DNA of 20,000 bases, taken from sequence record SRR31156797_601. One strand, written 5' to 3'. The stretch's first letter is position 1. Each line of letters starts with the position of its first letter. The notes under the pieces were generated by a model. The model saw only the letters and a program-made list of their open reading frames with translations. It was not told the origin of the DNA and searched no databases. This document shows positions 1-8,721 of this stretch, piece by piece. The position numbers and the translations under genes were made by a program.

Positions 1-1521
1 TATGAAATCCTTTTTGTTCATCCAGGTGATGCTGCTACAGACATGGACGTTGTACTAGAGGAGTTCTATAGCAGGACATCAGATAGTTTGAACTTAACAC
101 TAAGTTTTGTACAAACTGGGTGGGATGATATTGGTCAAAAAGTTAGTTTGAAGATATCTGCCGGTGAAAAGATAGACTCTGGTTTCTTGGCTCAGTGGAC
201 ATCACCATCAATTGGTCAAGCTGCACAAGATGAGCAAATACTTAATTTGGATAAATACTTTAACAATGATGATTATCCAGGTCTAAAGGCTGCATTTTCT
301 GAAGAATTCTTAAGCACAAATAAATTCTTGGGGCCTGATGGTGAGTATCATGTATACGGCATACCATTCTCTCACTCATATGAAGGCGGCTCAGTTCTTT
401 ACTATAGGAAAGACTTAGCTGACAAATATGGTGTAACCGTAGATAGTCCAGAAGGTGTAATCGCATACTTTGAAGCAATTCTTGCTAATGAACCAAGCAT
501 GGTTCCTATGTCATTCTTGGGTTCTCAGGACTTATTGACATCTATAGCTGGAACAATTATGAAAGAGGAAGCAGTAGTTGCGGCAAATACATCTGACAAA
601 GGATTATCATATTCAACACAAGTAATTATCACAGATGACGGGTCACCACACGTGGCAAGAAGTTTAGTACCTGCCAATGATCCTGAATTTAACAAATATA
701 TGGTTGATGGTTTAACATTAAAAGATGATCCATTCTATGATTACAAAATTGCAACTGAATGGTATGAAAAAGGCTATGTACCTAAAGATATTCTGAATGT
801 TCAAGACACACAAGGGGAGTTCTTGGCAGGAAGAGCTGCAAGCTTCGTACGTGGTGCAGATATTTATGCATCAGTAAATGCACAATTTACAGAACAATTC
901 CCTGAAGGTGAATTAGGAGCTTATGATATAACTTACGCAACAAGAAATGATATTATGAATTCACTCTCAACTACATTCCAAGCATGGAACTTCGCAACAA
1001 TTCCTGTAACATGTGAAGACCCTGACAGAGTTATGGAATTCTATGATTGGATATTCTCATCTCAAGAAAACTTGGACTTATTTGAGTATGGCGTAGAGGG
1101 TAAGCATTGGATAGCAGATGGTGATGATAAATACACTGCTCAAGCAAATCCAGACACTGGCAATACTTATAACTTCGGCGGTTATTTAATGACTTGGAAT
1201 CCAACTATGTATCGTGTTTCAGCTGAATTGCCAGATGATATAGTAACACTAACGAAAAAGTATTCAAACCAAGATTATTTCTACAAAGATCCATTGGCTG
1301 GATTTAGCTTTGATGAAAGTAATGTAAAGACAGAAGCTGCATTGATTAGTGAAGTAATGTCTAGAAGATACGGTGTAGGTAATGGTATGGTTTCAGACTA
1401 TGAAGCTGAAGTTGCATCTATAGATGAAGATTTAATGAAAGCAGGATGGGAAACATATTGTCAGGAACTAGAAAAACAAATTGCAGAGTTCTGGGAAGAA
1501 AACCCACCTGTACAGAATTAA
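1..1521 (+). CDS. ABC transporter carbohydrate-binding protein (LplA-like, DUF3502-type C-terminus), 5'-truncated by the window edge
   Basis: Frame 1 is open from base 1 (YEILFVHPGDAATDM...), so the true start lies upstream. Sugar-binding protein motifs: YGIPF, LYYRKDLADKYG, DPDRVMEFYDW, YGVEGKHW, and C-terminal GFSFDESNVKTE. Very acidic. Confidence 0.88.
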   Translation, partial: YEILFVHPGDAATDMDVVLEEFYSRTSDSLNLTLSFVQTGWDDIGQKVSLKISAGEKIDSGFLAQWTSPSIGQAAQDEQILNLDKYFNNDDYPGLKAAFSEEFLSTNKFLGPDGEYHVYGIPFSHSYEGGSVLYYRKDLADKYGVTVDSPEGVIAYFEAILANEPSMVPMSFLGSQDLLTSIAGTIMKEEAVVAANTSDKGLSYSTQVIITDDGSPHVARSLVPANDPEFNKYMVDGLTLKDDPFYDYKIATEWYEKGYVPKDILNVQDTQGEFLAGRAASFVRGADIYASVNAQFTEQFPEGELGAYDITYATRNDIMNSLSTTFQAWNFATIPVTCEDPDRVMEFYDWIFSSQENLDLFEYGVEGKHWIADGDDKYTAQANPDTGNTYNFGGYLMTWNPTMYRVSAELPDDIVTLTKKYSNQDYFYKDPLAGFSFDESNVKTEAALISEVMSRRYGVGNGMVSDYEAEVASIDEDLMKAGWETYCQELEKQIAEFWEENPPVQN

Positions 1522-1558
1522 TTAATCAATAATAGGCTATGGAAATATAGTGAACTAT

Positions 1559-1587
1559 GAATGAAGAAGCATCTAGCTTCTTCATTC
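1559..1587 (+). other. Intercistronic stem-loop after the solute-binding protein gene
   Basis: Perfect 12-bp inverted repeat GAATGAAGAAGC-atcta-GCTTCTTCATTC with no clear U-tract; resembles the mRNA-stabilising or partial-terminator hairpins that follow solute-binding protein genes. Confidence 0.65.
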
Positions 1588-1614
1588 TATAAAATAAATA
1601 TAAGGTGTAGTAAA

Positions 1615-2577
1615 ATGAAATTATTGCAGGAAAAGGCCGATTTTGAAAATCAAAACACAGTATATTCAAAGAACATACTTACCTTTAAAGGGGTAGATGG
1701 GTTTGATGTGTATAATACGTCTATTCCTTTTGTTTATGACGGCAAAGAATATATCTTTGGAAGAGTGGAAAAACGTGAAGACTGGGCGACATCATATTCA
1801 TCATTGTTTATAAAAACTGGAAAGGATGAATATACAATCTGCAAAGAGAGCATGATATATCCATTAGAAGATCCATATATTACATTTATCGATGGTGAGT
1901 TGATCTTGGGCGGAACTCATGTGAAGAAATCGCAGGGTAAGATGGAAACTTTTTTTGGATATTTTTACAGAGGATACAACCTATATAATCTAAAGTATTT
2001 CACAACTGGTCCTGAGAGAATGAAGGATATTCGTTTAGTACAGCTTGGTGACAGTAGAATCGGTGTGTTTTCCAGACCCCGTGGCGAAGATGTCCGAAAG
2101 GTTCATGGAAGCGAGGCTATTGTAGGATTCACGATTATTAACAGTATTGATGAATTAAATGCTGAAGTTATTGAAAATGCTACGAAGATTGAAAATTTGT
2201 TTGAAAAAGATCAATGGGGCGGTTGTAATCAATGTTATTTGTTAGACAGCGGGTTAATTGGTGTTATTGCTCATATGAGTGAGAATGCAGTAAGTGATGA
2301 CGGTCAGGAATTGTTGATATATGTTAATGTTTCCTTTGTATTTGATATGGATACACATAATGCTATGGATTTGAAGATTATTGGTACAAAAGCCAGTTAC
2401 CCAACTAGTGCTGCAAAGGTACCAAATTTATTAGACTGTGTATTCCCATCGGGTATTGTTATGAGAGATGATGGCAAGGTGGATATGTATAGCGGCATTG
2501 GTGATGTCAATGAGGGCAGAATAGTAATAGATTATCCGTTTGAGGGATATGGAAAGATAGTAAAAAATAAGTTATAA
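1615..2577 (+). CDS. DUF1861 family protein (GT108 / Leishmania MTP-like beta-propeller mannoside phosphorylase/transferase), paralog 1
   Basis: Motifs FKGVDGFDVYN, GRVE, LEDPYI, GPERMKDIRLV, FSRP, WGGCNQ. Start moved from 1561 to ATG 1615 because AAGGTG precedes it and 1561 lies inside the hairpin. Confidence 0.82.
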   Translation: MKLLQEKADFENQNTVYSKNILTFKGVDGFDVYNTSIPFVYDGKEYIFGRVEKREDWATSYSSLFIKTGKDEYTICKESMIYPLEDPYITFIDGELILGGTHVKKSQGKMETFFGYFYRGYNLYNLKYFTTGPERMKDIRLVQLGDSRIGVFSRPRGEDVRKVHGSEAIVGFTIINSIDELNAEVIENATKIENLFEKDQWGGCNQCYLLDSGLIGVIAHMSENAVSDDGQELLIYVNVSFVFDMDTHNAMDLKIIGTKASYPTSAAKVPNLLDCVFPSGIVMRDDGKVDMYSGIGDVNEGRIVIDYPFEGYGKIVKNKL

Positions 2578-2644
2578 TATCCTAAGTATATGAGTAGTGA
2601 ATGATTGCAGGTTTGCAAGATTGTAATAAGGTAGGTAAACAAAT

Positions 2645-3625
2645 ATGAAATTGTACAAAACTATTACACCACAGCCATTAAAGAAAGAATATGAAGAATT
2701 TCAAAAACATAAGCCGATAGTGAAAGGCGAATTACTTACTTTTGAAGGTGTTGATGGTTATGATGTATATAATCCGTCTGTACCATTTGAACTAGATAAT
2801 ATGATTATTATGGCAGGGCGAGTCGAATGCCGTGAAAGTGAAATGTCCAGTACGATGTTTTTTACATTAAATAATGGTATCTGGCAGCTAATAGAAGATG
2901 CACCTGTATTTGATAATCTTCAGGATCCCTTTATTACTTTTATAGGTGGTGAATTGGTTCTAGGCGGAGTCAATGTGATTTGGGAGGATGACCAAACAGT
3001 ATCCTCTTGGCAGACAGATTTTTATAAAGGTAAGTCAATTTATTCATTGGAAAAATTCTTAAGCGGTCCAAAGCATATGAAGGATATCCGACTGCTGGAA
3101 ATGGACGATAGCAGTATTGCAGTTTTTTCACGACCACAAGGCGAGTATATGCTTAATAAGTATAACTGTATAGCAAAAATTGGTTTTACAATTGTGGAAT
3201 CCCTTGATAAAATCACAACTAAAATTATAGCCAATGCTCCTCTTTTACACGACCATTTTTTGTTAGATGAATGGGGTGGGTGTAATCAGTTGTTTATGTT
3301 AAAAAACGGACTAATAGGTGTGTTAGGGCATAAATCCAGAGGTGAGGATATAGATGATATTCTGAATTTGCATTATTACTCTATATCATTTGCTATCAAT
3401 CCAATAACAAGAAAAATGACACCTGTAAAAATGATAGCGTGCCGTGATATGTTTCCTCAAGGTGATACAAAACATCCAAGATTACAGGATGTAACTTTTA
3501 CAGCTGGAATAATCAGAAACAATGATGGTACTGCTAATTTGTATACAGGTCTTAGTGACTGCCAAGTTGGAAAAATTGTGATTAACGATCCTTTAGCAGA
3601 ATATGAAACTATAAAACTTTGTTAA
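2645..3625 (+). CDS. DUF1861 family protein (GT108/MTP-like), paralog 2
   Basis: Same motif set: FEGVDGYDVYN, GRVE, LQDPFI, GPKHMKDIRLL, FSRP, WGGCNQ, LYTGLSD. RBS-like AAGGTAGG upstream. Confidence 0.82.
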   Translation: MKLYKTITPQPLKKEYEEFQKHKPIVKGELLTFEGVDGYDVYNPSVPFELDNMIIMAGRVECRESEMSSTMFFTLNNGIWQLIEDAPVFDNLQDPFITFIGGELVLGGVNVIWEDDQTVSSWQTDFYKGKSIYSLEKFLSGPKHMKDIRLLEMDDSSIAVFSRPQGEYMLNKYNCIAKIGFTIVESLDKITTKIIANAPLLHDHFLLDEWGGCNQLFMLKNGLIGVLGHKSRGEDIDDILNLHYYSISFAINPITRKMTPVKMIACRDMFPQGDTKHPRLQDVTFTAGIIRNNDGTANLYTGLSDCQVGKIVINDPLAEYETIKLC

Positions 3626-3844
3626 TATTCGAATACACCCATGTAAAATGTGTGAATATTGTTTTAAATACTTTCCTAGCGATGTAAATGATATAATATT
3701 AGTATTTAACACGTTATAAGGAAGTTGCTTATATAGTAAAAAACTGATTTATAGATTATAAGCAGCTCTTTGACATCTGCTTAAGAAAAAATCGTATTAA
3801 AAATCAATATCAATTATAATAGCAGAGTAAGTGCAGGAGGTAAA

Positions 3845-4720
3845 ATGAAATACGGTGCAATTGAAGTAGGTGGCACAAAATTTATATGTGCAGTAGCTGA
3901 TGAAGATTTAAAAATAATAGATGAAGTCACAGTAGATACACGTATTCCTGAATATACTATGAAAAAAACAAAAGACTTCTTTAAAAAGCATGATATTGTT
4001 TCTTTAGGAATAGGTGCATTTGGTCCTATTGATATTAATCAGAATTCAAAAGATTATGGAATGATAAAAAATACGCCTAAGCTTAAGTGGCGGGAATTTA
4101 ATATATTGGAATCAATAAAAGAAGAAATTGATGTACCTGTTAAAATCGATACTGATGTTAATGCTGCTGCACTGGGAGAGCAGAGAATGGGATATGGTTT
4201 TGGCAAGCGAAGTGTACTTTATATTACAATTGGTACTGGAGTAGGGGCTGGATTTGTAATTGATGGACAGACACTATATGGCTTAACTCATCCTGAGATG
4301 GGACATATTCTGGTAAGGCAGTGCGAGGAAGATGCCTTTGATGGCAGCTGTTCACTGCACAAAAACTGTCTGGAGGGACTTGTTGCAGGTTCTTCTATTG
4401 AAAAACGTTATGGAATTAAGGGAAATATGCTTTCTCCAGAACATAAAGTATGGGATTATATTGCTGACTATATAGGGCAGGCGGTAATGACATATGTTTT
4501 GGTTCTATCTCCAGAGATAATATTAATAGGCGGAGGAGTAAGTCAGCAGGAACATTTATTTCCAAAGATACGAAATGCATTTAAAAAGCATATGAATGGG
4601 TATATTCAGAATGAAGTACTTGATGGGAATTTAGAAGAATATATCAAATACCCCAAAAATGGACAGTTAGCGGGTCTGTATGGCGCTTTTCAGTTGGCTA
4701 TTGATGCCTACAAAACTTAA
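3845..4720 (+). CDS. ROK family sugar kinase (fructokinase ScrK/GmuE-like; possibly mannose-active)
   Basis: IEVGGTKF, GAFGPID, DTDVNAAALGE, YITIGTGVG, HPEMGHI and the Zn-binding CSLHKNCLEG motif; strong AGGAGG RBS at 3835-3840. Confidence 0.9.
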   Translation: MKYGAIEVGGTKFICAVADEDLKIIDEVTVDTRIPEYTMKKTKDFFKKHDIVSLGIGAFGPIDINQNSKDYGMIKNTPKLKWREFNILESIKEEIDVPVKIDTDVNAAALGEQRMGYGFGKRSVLYITIGTGVGAGFVIDGQTLYGLTHPEMGHILVRQCEEDAFDGSCSLHKNCLEGLVAGSSIEKRYGIKGNMLSPEHKVWDYIADYIGQAVMTYVLVLSPEIILIGGGVSQQEHLFPKIRNAFKKHMNGYIQNEVLDGNLEEYIKYPKNGQLAGLYGAFQLAIDAYKT

Positions 4721-4754
4721 TTTATTGGTAATAAGTAATTATATTATGGTAAGT

Positions 4755-4790
4755 AAACACTAATTTGGAAATATCTAAATTAGTGTTTTC
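4755..4790 (+). terminator. Rho-independent terminator after the ROK kinase
   Basis: AAACACTAATTTGGA-aata-TCTAAATTAGTGTTT stem ending in a T run. Confidence 0.7.
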
Positions 4791-5030
4791 GCTTTAAATA
4801 GCAGATTACTCCTGGTTTTTATACTTAATAATTAGGTGAGTGATGTTATTGTTAACTAATAGATTAGATTTTTACTTAGCTATGGGTCTTACAGAGGAAT
4901 CTAGCATAAAAGATTTAGTAATGCTTTGTATAAATATTACAAACATAATGTAGTTTTTTTATATCCTTTATGAAATTACATTAAATTACTGTTAGTATGA
5001 CTAATTTATATTATACGAAATAGAACTAAA

Positions 5031-5097
5031 CAAATTATGCAATATATTTGTCAGTTCACGAATTTCTTTTATATGCAGTGTTATTTTCAGATATATT
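5031..5097 (+). promoter_or_regulatory. Putative LytTR-binding repeat pair and -10 box upstream of the lipoprotein GH3
   Basis: CAAATTA (5031) and CAGTTCACG (5052) start 21 bp apart; TATATT at 5092-5097. Same geometry as the site at 11199-11265. Confidence 0.6.
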
Positions 5098-5133
5098 GTT
5101 TCCATCAGCTTTTTAATACGGAAGGAGAATAAA

Positions 5134-7686
5134 ATGTCAAGACTAAGAAAAATACTATCATTATTATTAGTATTTGTAATGGTTGTGTCAGTTTTTGTAG
5201 GATGTGCAAGCGACGAAAGTGCAGATCCAACTGCTGAACCAACTCAAGAATCTACAGATGTATCTTCAGAAGAGGCTACAGACGAATCTACAGATTCTAA
5301 TGAAGACGAAGTTGTACTAAAGGACCCAGTAGCAGGTGAAGAACTGGGCTCTGGAGAAGTAAAATGGTCAGAAGAGGAATCAAGTGACGGTTACATGGTG
5401 GTAACAAACGAAGGTGGCGCAACACTTTCATATTCAACTGAATCAGGTGTATCACTTATTCAAGTTGATGGTTATGCATTCAAAGACCTGAACAAAAACG
5501 ACATGTTAGATCAATATGAAGACTGGCGTGAGCCAACAGAGGCAAGAGTACAGAACTTAGCTTCACTTGTTACTATTGAAGATATAGCTGGACTTATGCT
5601 ATATAGTTCTCACCAGATGAGCATAGGGGAAGAACTTAGCGAAGACCAAATTGCGTTTTTAGAAGATGGCGGAAGAGCAGTGCTAAATGCTGCGTCAGCA
5701 ACATCTGCAGAAAATACAGCAAAGTGGAATAATGCACTTCAAGCATATGCAGAAAGCACAACTTTTGGTATTCCAGTAAATACAAGTTCAGACCCTAGAA
5801 CTACAGGTATTTCTCTATGGCCGTCAAACTTGGCTTTGGCAGCAACATTTGAACCAGAATTGGCAAAACAGTCTGGAGAAATTCTTTCTCAAGAATATAG
5901 ATTGCTAGGTATTGGAACATATCTAGGTCCACAAATTGATCTTTCAACTGAACCAAGATGGATTAGAAATGATGGAACATTTGGTGAAGATCCAGCATTA
6001 TCAAGAGATATGTCTAACGCTTTTGTAAGTGGAATGCAATCAACATATGACGAAGATGGAACGGACCTTGGTTGGGGCGAAGACAGCATGAATGCAATGA
6101 TTAAACACTGGCCAGGTGATGGTGCTGGAGAAGGCGGTCGTGAATCACATACAAGGACTGGTAATGGTACTGTTTACCCAGGTGATTCATTTGAATCACA
6201 TCTAATCCCATTTGTTGATGGTGGATTAGATCTTGATAGTGAAACTGGTTCAGCAACTGCTATAATGGCATCATATTCTATTGCTTACGGTCTTGAAGAA
6301 GAGCAATACGGCGAAGAAGTAGGATCTGCATTTAGTGAATACAAAATAAAGGATTTATTGCGCGGTGATTACGGTTACGAAGGTGTTGTATGTACAGACT
6401 GGGGAGTACTTAATGGACCAGATGATCCATTCGGTATTACTGGTTTATGGACATCATGGGGTGCAGAAGATATGACAACACCAGAACGTATATATACTGT
6501 AATTATGGCTGGTGTAGACCAATTTGGAGGATACAACAGTAGTGCTGAGGTAATAGAAGCATATGAAATCGGTATTGATGAAATAGGTGAAGAAGCAATC
6601 GATGCAAGATTCAGAGAATCTGCTGTAAGATTACTTAGAAATGTATTTACAATCGGTCTATTCGAGAACCCATATACAGATTCAGTAGAGGCTGCAGAAG
6701 TAGTTGGAAACGAAGAATTTGTTGCACTAGGATATGAAGCACAGCAAAAATCAGTTGTAATGATTAAGAATGAAGGTAATGTAATTAAAGAATCTACAAC
6801 TGATGAAAAACCAACAGTTTATATTCCAATGGTTTATTCGGCAGGAGCATCATCATTATTTGGTGCAACGTCAGCTAGTTGGAATTTACCAGTTGATATT
6901 GTAGTTGCAAGTGAATACTTTAATGTTGTAACAGATGAGCTAGGCGAGCCAAGCGGGGAAGTAGATGCTGATGGAAATGCTACATGGACTCTAGATGACG
7001 TTATTCGTGCATCAGCGGAAGAACTAGCAGAATGTGATTATGCATTACCAATAATTAGCAGTCCTCAAAACTATTCAACAGGATTCAATATAGTTGGATA
7101 TGATCTGGAAACAGAGCAATACATACCAATGTCACTACAATATGGTGAATACACAGCAGATTCCGAATATGTAAGAACGGAATCAATATCAGGTGAAATT
7201 ATTGAAGTAGAGGAAACTGGAACATACGGTGTACAAGTAGTTGAGCAAAAAGAAAATCGTTCCTACTTTGGTCAGACTGCAAATGTTACTAATTCAAGTG
7301 ATTTAGACGTAGTTTTATATGCTGTTGAAAATATGCCTGAAGACAAACCTGTAATTGTTGTTGTCAATACAAGTTCATCATTTATTGTTAATGAATTTGA
7401 AAGTCAAGTTGATTCAATTATATTGAACTTTGGTGTAAGTGATGAAGCAGTACTTGATGTTGTATCAGGTAAATATGAACCATCAGGTTTACTTCCACTA
7501 CAATTCCCAGCAAATATGGATACAGTAGAAGCTCAATATGAAGATGTGTCAAGGGATATGGAATGTCACGTAGACAGCGAAGGAAACACATATGACTTTG
7601 CATTTGGTATGAACTGGTCTGGCGTAATCGATGATGAGCGTGTAGCAACATATGCTGTTGCCGCTATAACAGAACCAACTAATTAA
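5134..7686 (+). CDS. GH3 beta-glycosidase, lipoprotein
   Basis: Signal peptide with lipobox VFVG-C24, acidic T/S/E/D linker, DLNKNDMLDQYEDWR motif, GTFGEDP, KHWPG, nucleophile motif CTDWG, PSGLLP. RBS AAGGAG. Confidence 0.9.
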   Translation: MSRLRKILSLLLVFVMVVSVFVGCASDESADPTAEPTQESTDVSSEEATDESTDSNEDEVVLKDPVAGEELGSGEVKWSEEESSDGYMVVTNEGGATLSYSTESGVSLIQVDGYAFKDLNKNDMLDQYEDWREPTEARVQNLASLVTIEDIAGLMLYSSHQMSIGEELSEDQIAFLEDGGRAVLNAASATSAENTAKWNNALQAYAESTTFGIPVNTSSDPRTTGISLWPSNLALAATFEPELAKQSGEILSQEYRLLGIGTYLGPQIDLSTEPRWIRNDGTFGEDPALSRDMSNAFVSGMQSTYDEDGTDLGWGEDSMNAMIKHWPGDGAGEGGRESHTRTGNGTVYPGDSFESHLIPFVDGGLDLDSETGSATAIMASYSIAYGLEEEQYGEEVGSAFSEYKIKDLLRGDYGYEGVVCTDWGVLNGPDDPFGITGLWTSWGAEDMTTPERIYTVIMAGVDQFGGYNSSAEVIEAYEIGIDEIGEEAIDARFRESAVRLLRNVFTIGLFENPYTDSVEAAEVVGNEEFVALGYEAQQKSVVMIKNEGNVIKESTTDEKPTVYIPMVYSAGASSLFGATSASWNLPVDIVVASEYFNVVTDELGEPSGEVDADGNATWTLDDVIRASAEELAECDYALPIISSPQNYSTGFNIVGYDLETEQYIPMSLQYGEYTADSEYVRTESISGEIIEVEETGTYGVQVVEQKENRSYFGQTANVTNSSDLDVVLYAVENMPEDKPVIVVVNTSSSFIVNEFESQVDSIILNFGVSDEAVLDVVSGKYEPSGLLPLQFPANMDTVEAQYEDVSRDMECHVDSEGNTYDFAFGMNWSGVIDDERVATYAVAAITEPTN

Positions 7687-7751
7687 TATAAGTAAAAAGT
7701 AGTTATCTCCTAACTTATAAGTAGACCTACTTGAACTTAATATCAAGTAAC

Positions 7752-7802
7752 TGACATGATGCAATTAATGAAGTAATATTTGTTAATTGCATCTGTCATT
7801 TT
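7752..7802 (+). terminator. Terminator hairpin after the lipoprotein GH3
   Basis: TGACA-t-GATGCAATTAA ... TTAATTGCATC-TGTCA followed by TTTT. Confidence 0.65.
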
Positions 7803-7951
7803 GATGTAATGAATATCATGGATAATTGATTTAAATGTATCAAACATATATATTCTTCTCAGTTAGATGTTAGGTGAAACTGTTGCTTAATTGTATTTTA
7901 AAACTTACCAATAATTAAAATTTGACTAATTATTATACAATATTTAGACAA

Positions 7952-7979
7952 TTGACAAACTAATCCTAGATGCTATTAT
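7952..7979 (+). promoter_or_regulatory. Sigma-A promoter for the LytTR regulator / kinase / glf unit
   Basis: TTGACA (7952-7957), 16-bp spacer, extended -10 TG-c-TATTAT (7974-7979); GGAGG RBS before the TTG start at 8014. Confidence 0.7.
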
Positions 7980-8013
7980 TATAGTTAAAGGTTTATATTT
8001 ATGGAGGGATACC

Positions 8014-8721
8014 TTGATTAAAGTTGCGATTGTTGATGACGATATTACCATCCAAAACATGCTAACTAGCTATATAGAAAAATATAAAAAGCAGAGTGAA
8101 TTGGTATTCAACATTAAGACATTTGACGATGCAAAACAGATAATTAGCCCATACAAGAGCGTATATGATGTCATTTTTATGGATATAGAAATGAAAGAAA
8201 CAGACGGTCTGGCTGCTGCTGAAAAAATACGAGAAGCAGATGAAAAGGTAATAATTATTTTTGTTACAAATTCAACAGAGCATGCTATTAAAGGATTCAA
8301 AGTTAATGCACTTAGCTATATTGTAAAACCTATATCCTATATAGACTTTGCTCAGCAATTAGATAGAATAGTAAAAAAGCTGGAATATAGTAATAATACA
8401 TATGTTTTGGTAAAGTCGAATAGTGAAATTATCCGACTAGCTATATCAAAAATTGCGTATATGGAAAGTGTAAAGCATACGGTTATAATTCATATGGAGA
8501 ATGAGAACATCACTATTTACAGTTCGTTAAAAGCTCTGGAAAACAAACTGGAAAAATATCATTTTGCCAGATGTAATAGCTGTTATTTGGTAAATCTGGC
8601 TCATGTAGAAAAAATAGAAAAAGATAATGTTATTATCTGCGGGGTTACTCTCGCTCTGAGCAGACCCAAGAAAAAAGCATTTGTAAATGCTTTAACTGAG
8701 TATATAGGTGGTGAATGCTGA
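8014..8721 (+). CDS. LytTR family DNA-binding response regulator (RR1)
   Basis: Receiver domain (IAIVDDD-like VAIVDDD, FMDIEM phospho-Asp, FVT, YIVKP) and LytTR domain (FARCNSCYLVNL, LSRPKKK). TTG start. Confidence 0.92.
   Translation: MIKVAIVDDDITIQNMLTSYIEKYKKQSELVFNIKTFDDAKQIISPYKSVYDVIFMDIEMKETDGLAAAEKIREADEKVIIIFVTNSTEHAIKGFKVNALSYIVKPISYIDFAQQLDRIVKKLEYSNNTYVLVKSNSEIIRLAISKIAYMESVKHTVIIHMENENITIYSSLKALENKLEKYHFARCNSCYLVNLAHVEKIEKDNVIICGVTLALSRPKKKAFVNALTEYIGGEC

Noticed and set aside
3626-3844. Possible riboswitch or ncRNA before the ROK kinase (AGTTGCTTATA...TATAAGCAGCT stem; TTGACA at 3770)
   Set aside because: No recognisable RNA family motif; the stem has a large loop and the promoter elements are poorly spaced.
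5215-5310. Repetitive-looking DNA (GAATCTACAGAT twice) at the start of the lipoprotein GH3
   Set aside because: Low-complexity acidic linker typical of lipoproteins; not an array.
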